This document shows, in pieces, positions 19,620 through 29,679 of a stretch of 64,000 nucleotides of DNA. Both the position numbers and the translations under genes were made by a program. The notes below the pieces were generated by a model. It searched no databases. It saw nothing but the letters and a program-made list of their open reading frames with translations, and was not told the origin of the DNA. The stretch lies in the IMG/VR virus record IMGVR_UViG_3300020122_000238, positions 1 through 64,000 of that record, one strand, 5' to 3'. The first letter of the stretch is position 1, and each line of letters starts with the position of its first letter.

Positions 19620-21080
19620 GTGTGGGATATTCGTTATCGTCCTCAAAAATTCTCGGACGTCCTCGGCCAGCGAGGCACTGTTCAGATCCTCCAGACGCGA
19701 CTTCGTGATGGGACGGCCCTCAGCAAGAACTACATCTTCGCTGGGGGTCATGGTCAGGGGAAGACGACGCTTGCTCGGATCATGGCCAGGGCCATGTTGT
19801 GCCAAGACCTCGACTTGACCAATCCCGAACCTTGTAACGAGTGCGACAACTGCCTGGAGATTCTCGCCGAAACTTCGCTCGCATTCGTTGAGCGGGATGC
19901 GGCGAGCTGCGGGACTGTCGACCACATGCGAGCCCTTGTCGAGGAGCTGCCCTTCGCGGTCTACGGGGCCTCGAAGCGGATCCACCTCTTCGATGAGGCG
20001 CATCGCATGACCCGGGATGCACAGGATGTTCTCCTCAAGCCGTTGGAGGAGAACAAGCTCGTCGGGATCTTCTGCACTACGGAGGTGGAGAAGATCCGAG
20101 CGACGATTCGGTCCCGGTGCGAAGACTACGTCATTCGAAAGGTGACCCGCGAAGACATCCTCGTGAGGATGAAGTCCATCCTCACAGCGGAAGGTGTCTC
20201 CTTCGAGGATGACGCTGTGCTTACCGTCATTGACTATTCGGGGGGACACGTTCGGGATGTCCTCAACCGGCTGGAGATGATCGGGCAAATGGGGGATGTC
20301 AATCTCGCCAACGTGCGGGAGTACCTTCGCCTCCCGCTCGTCTCGACGTACTACGAGATCATGCTCTCGCTTGGGAACCCCCAACGTGCGATCGAGTTGG
20401 TGGGACAGGCTTGTGAGCAGGTCTCTCCTCAAGATGTGGCTGATGGCATCGCCGAAGCGGCGATGAATTCCTACCGGATGGCGAACAACATGTTCGCCGA
20501 CTTCGTCTACGTTGACCGAGCGCTCGGTCAGAAGGTCTACGAAGCGTTCGGCGTGAGCACCCTCAAGCTCTCGGAGTACTTCCTTCAGCGGCGGAACACC
20601 ACAAGGGTGAACCTCTTCTGCGACATCCTCAATCTGGCCGGAGGTATCCCTGCTCCTTCGGCTGTTGGGGTTCCCATGGCACCTCCCATTCAGGTGGTAA
20701 CGGCAGCTCCGGTTCAGGCCACGGCTCCTGTTCAAGCTCCGGTGATCAGCTTGATCGACGCAGTGTCCGCACACCCCGGTTTGGCGGTCCCGGTTGGAAG
20801 CGTTTCGCCGGCTGTCCAGGTCTTGCCTGAAGTGAAGAAGCCGGAGAAGAAGCCCGACGGGACTCGGTTCGATGGGGTGGGCCCCATCGGTTCTGGCGAC
20901 GTCTGCGCCCTGACTGAGCTGGATCACAAGGGCGTCCCTGTGAACAAAGCTCGGGGCCGCAATCACGTCCATGTCCCGGTTTCTTTCCCCCGACGTGGGG
21001 ATCCGGCAGACGACCTTCGTATGTTGACTCCGGATGAATGGCGGCGAGAGTTCGAGCGAACTTGGCCCAGCCGAGGATAG
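19620..21080 (+). CDS. dnaX: DNA polymerase III gamma/tau clamp loader
   Basis: RYRPQKFSDVLGQ, GGHGQGKTT, C..EPCNEC..C, FDEAH, TIRSRC, GHVRD. Confidence 0.92.
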   Translation: MWDIRYRPQKFSDVLGQRGTVQILQTRLRDGTALSKNYIFAGGHGQGKTTLARIMARAMLCQDLDLTNPEPCNECDNCLEILAETSLAFVERDAASCGTVDHMRALVEELPFAVYGASKRIHLFDEAHRMTRDAQDVLLKPLEENKLVGIFCTTEVEKIRATIRSRCEDYVIRKVTREDILVRMKSILTAEGVSFEDDAVLTVIDYSGGHVRDVLNRLEMIGQMGDVNLANVREYLRLPLVSTYYEIMLSLGNPQRAIELVGQACEQVSPQDVADGIAEAAMNSYRMANNMFADFVYVDRALGQKVYEAFGVSTLKLSEYFLQRRNTTRVNLFCDILNLAGGIPAPSAVGVPMAPPIQVVTAAPVQATAPVQAPVISLIDAVSAHPGLAVPVGSVSPAVQVLPEVKKPEKKPDGTRFDGVGPIGSGDVCALTELDHKGVPVNKARGRNHVHVPVSFPRRGDPADDLRMLTPDEWRREFERTWPSRG

Positions 21081-21083
21081 TCC

Positions 21084-23060
21084 ATGGCATCACGCCAAAT
21101 CAAACCTGTCATTGACCTCACAAAGCCTTCGGAGTGGGTTGCTCTTGAGCTTGGGCCCAAGGCGGATGGTGAAGACCCGGATCTCATTAAGCAGTCCATT
21201 CGTCACCACCTCCGAGACGCGGACGTGTTCATTCCAGCGTCCGTCACTCAGGTGGGCGGGGACAGGGTCATTCAGTACCTCCTCGAAGGGTATGCTTTCA
21301 TTCGGCGGGCTCATGCTGAGGAGAAGTACTACCGGCTCGAAGGGAGCAAGTACGTTCAGGGGGTCATCAGCCACGTCGACCGAAGTCGCTTTCGGTCGAC
21401 ACGCCGGATTGCGTACGTCCCGGATCATGAGGTCTCCAGGCTACGACGGCAGATCGAGGCACAGGAGAACCAGGGGATCGAGGTGGGGGACCTCGTGCTC
21501 ATCCTATCGGGGCCTTACCGGCTGATCAAGGCGAAGGTCATCGAGGACATTCCAGAAAAGGACGAGGTCCAAGTTTACATTCAGCTCCGCTCCAAGGAGT
21601 CTCTCATCACCTTCCCCCGAGCTGGGCTCAGGCTTGTCGCGAAGGGGGAGAAGAATTTTCTGACCTACCAGACCCGATGGATGACCCTTCAGCAATGGGG
21701 AGAGGCTGCTTTCCCTGTCATGCAGTGGTCCTCGGATGGTTTTGATGGGATCCTTGATGGGCTGGCGTCCTACACAATGCTCGATGTGTGGACCACCAAA
21801 GAGCGGACTCTTCTCGATCAAGACTTGGTCGCTGGTTACGCGCTCGATTTCGACCCCCTTCGGTTGGAGCTACTCTGGGGGGAGCACGCCAAGCTATCGA
21901 CGTGGATTTCGGCGGGGCAGAAGCAGGTGAACTTCCTTCGAGCGATGTCTTCGACTCCTTCCACGGAGCATTTGCTTCAGCTTGGTGAAGAGGTCCAACG
22001 TCTCTCTAGATGGACTACGGCCGTCAACCAGTTGGTGACGGCCGTCCGAGCCTTCAACATAACCCCCTCTCTCACTCCCATCGAATCGCGGTATCTCGAA
22101 TTGGAGTGGCTCCAGGACATTCAGCTCCGGTTGAAGGCCTTGAGCGACAAGTTGACGGACATAGAAGACGATGTGGAAGACCCTGCAATGACCCAAAATC
22201 TCATCATCGACGGCAACAATCTCGCGGTTCGCTGTGGGCGGGCTCCTGGACTCGATCAGCTCAAGGATAAGCAGGGGCGTCCTTCTGGAGTGGTGACGGG
22301 GTTCCTTCGGAGCCTGGGGGCTCTTCGCAAGAGGTTCCCCAAGGCCACCATCTACGTTTGCTGGGACTACTCCTCGCAGCGTCGTATGAGCACCTTCCCC
22401 GGGTACAAGGCGGGGAGGACTCCCTTCGAGGGACGCGACCAGATCGAGTGGCTGAAGGCAGCCCTACCGTCTTTTGGGGTCGTCCAGGCCTACAACGAGG
22501 TGGAAGAGGCCGACGATGCCATCGCGACTCTCGTCTCGGGTCGCCTCAAGGAGGATGTGAACGTCATCCTCTCGAACGACCGGGATCTTCTCCAGCTCGT
22601 GACTGCAACGACGACTGTCCTCGCTCCTTCGAGTGGTCTCCGCCCCGAGAAGCTCTTCGATGTCGATGCCGTGAAGGAGGAATACGGGGTTCCTCCGGGC
22701 AAGATGGTCTACTTCCGGGCCATGTCGGGAGACAGCTCGGACAAGATTCCTGGTGTTTTCAGGCTCCAGGAGAAGACCATCGTGCATTTGATCCGTACAT
22801 ACGGATCCATTGATGGCGTTTTTTCATCTTCTCTGCCAGAGTTGACGAAATCTCAGCAAGAGAAGATTCGTGCCTCTGAGGCACAGGTCAGGAAGAACGT
22901 GGGGCTCATGGCCCTCGTCTCGAACCTGGACCTTACTTTCGTCCACCCGATGACGAACCCGGAGGCAGCCTCGAAGCACCTCCAAGATGTTGATGTGAAG
23001 GTCGAGCCGATGTTGACGGCGTTCTTCCGTCTGGCGGAGTCCCCTACGAATACAACGTAG
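21084..23060 (+). CDS. NusG-like (NGN+KOW) domain fused to a PolA-type 5'-3' exonuclease
   Basis: VFIP, EGYAFI, VGDLVLILSGPY (KOW); from 22188 IIDGNN, YKAGR, EADD, SNDRDLLQL, GDSSDKIPGV. Confidence 0.85.
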   Translation: MASRQIKPVIDLTKPSEWVALELGPKADGEDPDLIKQSIRHHLRDADVFIPASVTQVGGDRVIQYLLEGYAFIRRAHAEEKYYRLEGSKYVQGVISHVDRSRFRSTRRIAYVPDHEVSRLRRQIEAQENQGIEVGDLVLILSGPYRLIKAKVIEDIPEKDEVQVYIQLRSKESLITFPRAGLRLVAKGEKNFLTYQTRWMTLQQWGEAAFPVMQWSSDGFDGILDGLASYTMLDVWTTKERTLLDQDLVAGYALDFDPLRLELLWGEHAKLSTWISAGQKQVNFLRAMSSTPSTEHLLQLGEEVQRLSRWTTAVNQLVTAVRAFNITPSLTPIESRYLELEWLQDIQLRLKALSDKLTDIEDDVEDPAMTQNLIIDGNNLAVRCGRAPGLDQLKDKQGRPSGVVTGFLRSLGALRKRFPKATIYVCWDYSSQRRMSTFPGYKAGRTPFEGRDQIEWLKAALPSFGVVQAYNEVEEADDAIATLVSGRLKEDVNVILSNDRDLLQLVTATTTVLAPSSGLRPEKLFDVDAVKEEYGVPPGKMVYFRAMSGDSSDKIPGVFRLQEKTIVHLIRTYGSIDGVFSSSLPELTKSQQEKIRASEAQVRKNVGLMALVSNLDLTFVHPMTNPEAASKHLQDVDVKVEPMLTAFFRLAESPTNTT

Positions 23061-23071
23061 GCGGAAGGAAA

Positions 23072-23782
23072 ATGATGTCGACTGGATACGTGATTTCGGT
23101 AGACCCGGCTACTTTGGCCAACCGCTTTCCTTCTGGTCGAGGGAACGAGGAGGAAGACCTCCTCCTCGATCGTCTCCAGATTCTTGAGGACACGGCTGCG
23201 GGCCTCATTCAAGAAGAGGATGACGATGATCCCATTGCAGAGTTCCTCTACTCGGGGGACTACGAAGATCGTCTGGCTCCGCTTCTAGATCGCATCCCCA
23301 AAAGGGAAGCCGATCTCATCTACCTCTACTACATTCAGAAGAAGCGTCAGGCGGATATCGCCGAGATCTTCGACGTCACCCAAGCCGCCATCTCCTATCG
23401 TCTCGATCGGGGTCTTCAGAGGATCAAGTTCCTCCTGTCGATCCCCCAAGTCACTGAGACCGAGCTTCGGCGCGACCTTCCCCTCATTCAAGATGGTCAT
23501 CTCAAGCCTGCGTTCAAGGCCATCGATGTGGACATCTTGGTGGGGATGTGGTCGACGACCTGTCAGAGCGAAGTGGCGATGCGACTCGGCTTGACTCAGG
23601 GTCGAGTCCGGCATCGGTTCTTCAAGGCGGTGAAGCTTCTTGGTGAGGCCTCGGGGAAGGATGGTCGCTTCCTTCGCTATCACAAGGTCTTCGCTGCCAT
23701 TTCGAACAAGAAGTTCAACATCCTCCGTGAGGTGAAGCTCCCCCAGTGGGCGGACCGGGGAGGCGATGCTCTTGACGGGTAG
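23072..23782 (+). CDS. Sigma-70 region-4-like protein with two HTH motifs
   Basis: READLIYLYY...QADIAEIFDVTQAAISYR and QSEVAMRLGLTQGRVRHR. Confidence 0.75.
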   Translation: MMSTGYVISVDPATLANRFPSGRGNEEEDLLLDRLQILEDTAAGLIQEEDDDDPIAEFLYSGDYEDRLAPLLDRIPKREADLIYLYYIQKKRQADIAEIFDVTQAAISYRLDRGLQRIKFLLSIPQVTETELRRDLPLIQDGHLKPAFKAIDVDILVGMWSTTCQSEVAMRLGLTQGRVRHRFFKAVKLLGEASGKDGRFLRYHKVFAAISNKKFNILREVKLPQWADRGGDALDG

Positions 23783-24030
23783 GTAGCCCCTGAGAGGGCG
23801 GAAGGTACGCATCGGAACATCGCCTCCGTGATCCATGCCCTTTCCAAAGCAGACCCTATGCCAGGTCCAGAGACATCGGGGTAGCCTGGCATTTTCGTAT
23901 TTCGCTTCGTCTGAAGGGTGCTCTTGTCGCGGCACCCTGCCCCACTGGGGCATGAAATCTCGAAACACGGCTGTTTTCCAGCCAACATCAGTGTTTTCTT
24001 TTATCGTTTACGCAGAGATGAGGCCGAGCC

Positions 24031-24933
24031 TTGCCTATCTCTGCGTCCAATCTCCAAACCCAAGAATACCAGTTCAAAGTCCAGACCCCCTCCGGTCTGT
24101 GGCGGTGGACGACTCGCGTCGATCTTTCGCAGGCAACCCCTGCCTACCAGATCCGTGACATCACCACCCCCTACGGTCTTCTTCGAGACTCGGTCCCCCT
24201 TCCCGGCGCTGTGGTCCAGGAGATGGGCAATTCGATTACGCTGCTCCAGCAACAGTTCGCCCCGTCGATTCTGTTGGGGTTGTCGAGCCTGACTTTTGTG
24301 GTCGATGAGGGTCGAGGCTTCAGTCTCCCCCAAGATATACAGATCACCAACAACGGAGTCTTCGGGTCTCTCCTCGGAACGGTGCTTACAACCTCCGCTT
24401 CCTGGGTGACGGTGGACCCCCAACGGGTGGGTGGGCTTGCCTCGGGTTCTGCGGGAGCCTCAAGCGTTGCTGTGGACTCTACGACGCTCGTGTCTGCGAA
24501 CAGCCCCTATGCAGCCACGATCCTGATTCAGGACCCGTCTGCGGTGAACACTCCGCAGACGGTCTCTATCGCGATTGTGGTTCGGCCGTTGGCCATCATC
24601 AGCCTCAACCCCACTGCTCTCAACTTCGCTGTTGTGAAGCCGATCAGCGGTCCGTTTTCTGGGGTTCTGACCCAAACCTTCCAGATCACCAACACAGGTC
24701 CGACGGGATCTCTTCTCGACTACCAGATCCAAAAACTCTGTGGGTGTACGGATTGGTTGTTTTCCTTCAACCCCCCGTACAACACCCTTGCCTCTGGGGC
24801 CTCGCAAACGACAACGGTCAGGGTTCAGCCCCCGGACACGATGTGTCCGGGGACCTATACAGAGACCCTACGCGTGAGCGGGTACAGTCAGAACTACACT
24901 CAAGACGTCGTTGTGACTCTTGTCATTTCATGA
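24031..24933 (+). CDS. BACON/Ig-like domain virion protein
   Basis: Two beta-rich repeats (ITNxG...W...P....LASG.S...V......G.Y...I). Confidence 0.7.
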   Translation: MPISASNLQTQEYQFKVQTPSGLWRWTTRVDLSQATPAYQIRDITTPYGLLRDSVPLPGAVVQEMGNSITLLQQQFAPSILLGLSSLTFVVDEGRGFSLPQDIQITNNGVFGSLLGTVLTTSASWVTVDPQRVGGLASGSAGASSVAVDSTTLVSANSPYAATILIQDPSAVNTPQTVSIAIVVRPLAIISLNPTALNFAVVKPISGPFSGVLTQTFQITNTGPTGSLLDYQIQKLCGCTDWLFSFNPPYNTLASGASQTTTVRVQPPDTMCPGTYTETLRVSGYSQNYTQDVVVTLVIS

Positions 24934-24939
24934 GGATCC

Positions 24940-25206
24940 ATGGCCAACTTTGATCTCAGCCAAATTCAGATCTCCGGGGCATCTGGCTTCGATTCTCTGT
25001 TCGATCGGGAACCGCAGATCGTGAAGCCCCTCAAGACCACTCGGCGACGAGTGGCGTCCCTTCAGGACCTTAAGGGGTTCCAGAGGGTTTCTGAGGACAC
25101 GCTGGTCCGAAAGAGCGACAACGACCTCTGGGCGATCCGCAAGGAATCGAACGGGTCCTTCTTCATCGAGCGCTTGTTTGATGATGTCGAGCCTGTGAAG
25201 GGGTGA
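24940..25206 (+). CDS. Hypothetical head-region protein
   Basis: GAGG RBS; 88 aa. Confidence 0.75.
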   Translation: MANFDLSQIQISGASGFDSLFDREPQIVKPLKTTRRRVASLQDLKGFQRVSEDTLVRKSDNDLWAIRKESNGSFFIERLFDDVEPVKG

Positions 25207-26255
25207 GCGGATCCATGGTGGCGTACAAGAAGACGTTGGCGGCTCTCGCAAAGAACGAGCGTATGAGGCTCGCAGCGGGTCCTGTATTGCCTCCTGACCC
25301 CTCTGGGGCACCTGGCGGGGCACCTCCTGGCGGGATGGCTCCTTCTCCTTTCGCGGACAATGCGAAGCGGACCATCCCGGCGAACTTCAAGTTCGACCCC
25401 CATTCGCTCAAGCCTCTTGCGCAGACCCTCTGGGCCTTGTCGATCTCCCTTGGCCACACACTGACGGCACACCGTCAGTTCGCCCGGGTGAAGTCTGCGA
25501 CGGTATCTCCGGATGGGATGCTGGGTGGACGTGGGTACGTCATGGGGGTCAAGGACATTCGGCAGCGTCTCTACGAGGCGTCCGAAGCTCTTTCGGCCAT
25601 CTGCGACACGATTCACGACGAGATCAACGCGCCCCATTGGAAGCCCCGGCTTGCCGAGCTGGAGAAGGATGAGGCGGATGACCTGAAGCGCCTTCTCACC
25701 GACGCCGAAGACAATCTCCAGAATCCTGAAGAGGAAGCTGAAGAGGACATGGAGGCTGTTGAAAACGGTGAGAAGGACAAGGGGCCTGGGGGAGGCAAGG
25801 ACGTCTCTTGGAAGCCTGGAGGGGATGAGCGTTTCGACAAGCAGGAACCTGCCTCTTCGGTCCCTTCGGGAGGCGACCAGGAGACTCTGCATCGAGGCGG
25901 GCCCAAGCCTCCGAGCAAGAAGCAGGCGTCTTCACGCTACTCCTACGACTACACAGGCGGTCCTGTGGCGGAGTCGGGTCTCCCGAACGATGGCGAAGAC
26001 GCTGTTGATCGGGCCGATTACTACCGGGGGCCGAAGGGCAACGGAGTCGCAATGGGGCCCGTGTCTGAGTCCGAGCTTCCTTCGGCGGATGGTGGTCCGC
26101 CGAAGGAGGACATCGACCTCCCCAATACCAGCCTTCGTGGGAAAGACCCCAGCAACCAACGTCCGAACTGGGATTCTCCGGTACACGAAACGTACATTCG
26201 CGACCCTTATCAGAGGCTCGACGATGCGATGATGAGGAGGGTTCCCCGTGGGTGA
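25203..26255 (+). CDS. Hypothetical acidic/Pro-rich protein
   Basis: Overlap-coupled 350-aa ORF. Confidence 0.75.
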   Translation: MSGSMVAYKKTLAALAKNERMRLAAGPVLPPDPSGAPGGAPPGGMAPSPFADNAKRTIPANFKFDPHSLKPLAQTLWALSISLGHTLTAHRQFARVKSATVSPDGMLGGRGYVMGVKDIRQRLYEASEALSAICDTIHDEINAPHWKPRLAELEKDEADDLKRLLTDAEDNLQNPEEEAEEDMEAVENGEKDKGPGGGKDVSWKPGGDERFDKQEPASSVPSGGDQETLHRGGPKPPSKKQASSRYSYDYTGGPVAESGLPNDGEDAVDRADYYRGPKGNGVAMGPVSESELPSADGGPPKEDIDLPNTSLRGKDPSNQRPNWDSPVHETYIRDPYQRLDDAMMRRVPRG

Positions 26256-28503
26256 TCTTGGCGATCTCGGTTCGTTCCTGAAGGATGGTTCTCTCGCAAA
26301 TCTCGACTGGCTCAACGTGAATGAGTCGGACTACCGGGATCTCGACAACCTCCCCAAGCAGAACCTCGATGTGTCTCCTGACCTGGAGGCCCTCTGGGGG
26401 CATGACGGGTCGAACCCGACGAGTTTCGTACCCAACCGGGGAGATGCTCCTCGAACGGTGGGTGATCTCAGCGAGCAAGGGAACTTGCGAGCGGGGCCGG
26501 AGGATGTCGTGAAGGTTGCTCGGCTTGCGTTGATGCAGTCGAGCGACACACAGAAATTCCGAGCGGCTCTTGTGGGACGCTTTGACCAGAACACGCTTCG
26601 AGCGAATCGTGCGGTCATTGCTGGAGTTCTCGCCGAACGCGGGCTTCTGGGCAAGCTCTACATCTCTGCCGAGGACTTTCCTGGTTGCCATCGCGGCTCC
26701 AAGAAGCCCATCGAATTCGTCCGCAAATTCGCAGGGGATGCCAGGTTCGTCCTCGCGAAGCCGGCGTGCTCGGGCTGCATTCATTCCCAGAAGAGCCCTG
26801 TGGGATCCACACAGACTTGCTCTGTCTTCCACAAGGAGATCCAGATCGAGGTCCCGTACTCGGATGCTCTCGCGGCGGAAGTCGAGCAGATGCAGCGAGT
26901 AAAGGGGAAGGATATTCAGCACTTGGCCTCCGTCCCTCGGGAACGGGTGCGCCTCGCCATGCTGGCTCCGAACGTTCGTCTCGAAGGCCCGGCACCTCAG
27001 CCGAAGCCTGTAGAGGCAACGGACCGACTTCTTCGTCCGATCGAAGAGACGCCTCAGCTACAGCTCCCGGTGGACCTCACCTACATCCGGGCAACAGCTC
27101 GGGAGACGGCGGCAAAGGCCTTCACCAAGGGCGGGCTCACGGTCGCACAAGCACAGGACACCTTCTTCGCAATTGCTCATTCTCAGGACGAGAGCTTCCT
27201 CCTCAAGATGGCCGAACGCATGGCCGACCTCGCAGATGTCGAGCTGGCTCCTCGTGTCTACCAGGGGATGGGGGAGCAGGCGAAACCTCAGCTCATTGAC
27301 AGGACCGAAGCGGAAGCTCAGCTCATTTCCGTCGCCAACCTCACGAAGAAGAAGGAGGCGGCCACCAAGATGATGCTGTCCGCCGACCGAGCCAGGCCGG
27401 TTGTGGAGCTGCTTCGTCGGGAGATGCTCAAGGGCCGAACTGCTGAAGATGTGGCGAGCATCTTGAAGCAGTCGTTTCAGTCGACGGACCTCCAGGCAAC
27501 CAAGGACCACTGGGCACCCATCTTCCGTGAGGCGGGTGTTTTCGGCGTGCTCTACTCCACACAGGAGAGCTTCGACGATTGCCGGACCGGGCATGACTTC
27601 CTCGCGAAGCACAACCCCGGCATCAAGGTGATGGTCGCCGGCTCCAAGTGTGGCGGGTGCATCTACAACAAGATCGGCCGATGCCTCCTGTACGGGAGGC
27701 CCTTGGTGGCGTCCGCTGAAGCGGTTCTCACCTGGGATACGGCAGAGCGCCAGCTTCAGGAGCACAAGGCATCGGGGCGTATACAGCCCTGGGGTCCCAC
27801 GGCTTCGGAATGGGGTGCTTCTCCTCGGGAGGCTCTCCAGAAGATGCATCGGTCGGCTTCTCTGAAGAGCGGGGCCACCTCGGCACCTACTCGAATGGAG
27901 GTCGTCAAGGCCTACCACAGCAGGTCTCAGGCGGTTCGAACCAGTGCGCTTGTCCGTCGAGACATCGTGAAGGTGGCCTCCCGCTTCATGAATGAGGGGC
28001 TCTACGGCAAGGACCTCCTCATGGCTCTCAAGGGGCGGTTCGACTCGCGGGACTTGGCGGCATCGGCGGAGGACTTGAGGCCGGTCATTGCGGAGCAGGG
28101 TCTCCAGGGGATCTACTTCGTCGATCCGAGCATCTACGACGATTACGGCAAGGGCTGTGAGGAGGCCTCCCGGCTGCATCGGGCTCGCCTGGTCGAGTAC
28201 GTGAAGATCGGCTCACGCTGTGGGTCGTGCGTTCTTCAGACTCGTACGGGCTTCTGCTCGAAGCTCAACAAGCCTCTGGTCAACGAGCCTCCCTACTACG
28301 ACAAGCTTGCCCAGCAACGGGAGATCATGGCTTCGGGAGCGGCTACCGAGATCCCGTTTAGCCAGATCATGAACAACGGTCAGTCGATGATGGTCGAGTA
28401 CGAGATGCAGCACAGCCCGATGGACATCGACCTCAACCCTGTCACGACGGCGGCTGATGTCGATGTCGAGCTGGGGACGGCCAACCAGGGGTTCAGGCTG
28501 TGA
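26248..28503 (+). CDS. Hypothetical protein with three Cys4 repeats
   Basis: Three E.G..G.[LY][YF]...C...CxxC...C units. Confidence 0.8.
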   Translation: MGDLGDLGSFLKDGSLANLDWLNVNESDYRDLDNLPKQNLDVSPDLEALWGHDGSNPTSFVPNRGDAPRTVGDLSEQGNLRAGPEDVVKVARLALMQSSDTQKFRAALVGRFDQNTLRANRAVIAGVLAERGLLGKLYISAEDFPGCHRGSKKPIEFVRKFAGDARFVLAKPACSGCIHSQKSPVGSTQTCSVFHKEIQIEVPYSDALAAEVEQMQRVKGKDIQHLASVPRERVRLAMLAPNVRLEGPAPQPKPVEATDRLLRPIEETPQLQLPVDLTYIRATARETAAKAFTKGGLTVAQAQDTFFAIAHSQDESFLLKMAERMADLADVELAPRVYQGMGEQAKPQLIDRTEAEAQLISVANLTKKKEAATKMMLSADRARPVVELLRREMLKGRTAEDVASILKQSFQSTDLQATKDHWAPIFREAGVFGVLYSTQESFDDCRTGHDFLAKHNPGIKVMVAGSKCGGCIYNKIGRCLLYGRPLVASAEAVLTWDTAERQLQEHKASGRIQPWGPTASEWGASPREALQKMHRSASLKSGATSAPTRMEVVKAYHSRSQAVRTSALVRRDIVKVASRFMNEGLYGKDLLMALKGRFDSRDLAASAEDLRPVIAEQGLQGIYFVDPSIYDDYGKGCEEASRLHRARLVEYVKIGSRCGSCVLQTRTGFCSKLNKPLVNEPPYYDKLAQQREIMASGAATEIPFSQIMNNGQSMMVEYEMQHSPMDIDLNPVTTAADVDVELGTANQGFRL

Positions 28504-28988
28504 TACACCTTGCTCGTCGTGTCCTATCTCGATATCTGAAGCAGATTCGAGGGACAATGCCTGTTGAGGACTATTACGATGTGGTGCATTCGGAAGATAT
28601 AGGCCAACAGGAAGGTTTCGTATTCCGTTTTCTACTCGCGGATCAACCCGTTGGACAACGGAAGCGAGATCGCGAGCTTGCGACCCCCATCAACCGTACA
28701 CGGGGGATTGACGAGAAAATTCAAAAGGACAACGCGAGGACGGATGATAGCCACGATGATGCTGTGGAGCCGGATCGACGGGACATCTTGCCTTCGGATG
28801 TCTTCTCTCCTTCGCCTCGCAGCATGAGCGTTCGCAACTTCGCCGAGACAGGCGAAGACCAAGACAAGGTGCTTCGTACCCAGGTCCACAAGGACAAGGG
28901 GTGGGACACCGTCAAAAATCTCTCTCAGTACCTCATTCGGACCGAAGGCGGAGGGGACACCCCTCCAGCCGGGAAGAACCTGAAGTAA
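28500..28988 (+). CDS. Hypothetical protein
   Basis: GTGA overlap; 162 aa. Confidence 0.7.
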   Translation: MIHLARRVLSRYLKQIRGTMPVEDYYDVVHSEDIGQQEGFVFRFLLADQPVGQRKRDRELATPINRTRGIDEKIQKDNARTDDSHDDAVEPDRRDILPSDVFSPSPRSMSVRNFAETGEDQDKVLRTQVHKDKGWDTVKNLSQYLIRTEGGGDTPPAGKNLK

Positions 28989-28989
28989 A

Positions 28990-29676
28990 ATGGCAACTGC
29001 AACCGACGAAACCATCAAGGACGCGACACTCGAAGACGCTGCCGAGGATGCCTATGACGAGACGGATCCGGGGGCGGATCCGATCGAGCCGGATGATGTG
29101 GAAGAAGAGACCGAGGTCCTCCCGGACAACGTGCGGAAGCTCCCTCTGCACTCGCTCGCGGACAAGGACGGCATCATCAAGGTCAAGAGGAGTCGAGGTC
29201 GCCCGCGCACCGTTAACCGGAAGCCGGACATCTCGGACCTCGAATACCATGCCGAGATGAGCGAGGAGAAGCGGAAGTACATCGCCACGGATCCCGTCGT
29301 CATTGCTGCCAGTGGCCATGGCGAAGCGATGGTCATGCTCCGTGTCATTCGTTCCGAGATCGCGAAGGAGCAGGCTGCGCTGGCCTTCCAGCGAGGTGAA
29401 ACCGAGAAGTACGGCAAGGACACCGCACAGGTCTCCAGCCGTCGGATCGAGGCTCTCACCAAGATCGCCAACATCGAGCTGGAGATGAAGAAGCTTGGCG
29501 GGGACGTCGTCGACTTCCGCGGGGAGCGATTCCAGAAGGTCTTCCAACTGTGGGTTTCGACCCTTCAGGAAATCGCCGAGGAAATCCTCTCTCCGGAGCA
29601 GATCGACCTCTTCTTCAACCGCTTCGCAACGAAGATGGATGGTTGGGAGGACCGCGCTTCGAGCGTGGCACGGTGA
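28990..29676 (+). CDS. Putative terminase small subunit / DNA-binding protein
   Basis: AT-hook-like RGRPR, helical C-terminus, immediately upstream of terL. Confidence 0.5.
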   Translation: MATATDETIKDATLEDAAEDAYDETDPGADPIEPDDVEEETEVLPDNVRKLPLHSLADKDGIIKVKRSRGRPRTVNRKPDISDLEYHAEMSEEKRKYIATDPVVIAASGHGEAMVMLRVIRSEIAKEQAALAFQRGETEKYGKDTAQVSSRRIEALTKIANIELEMKKLGGDVVDFRGERFQKVFQLWVSTLQEIAEEILSPEQIDLFFNRFATKMDGWEDRASSVAR

Positions 29677-29679
29677 TCC

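Noticed and set aside
23783-24030. Possible ncRNA/tRNA in this gap and in 7858-8009
   Set aside because: No cloverleaf or recognisable RNA family by eye; a covariance-model search (Infernal/tRNAscan) would be needed.
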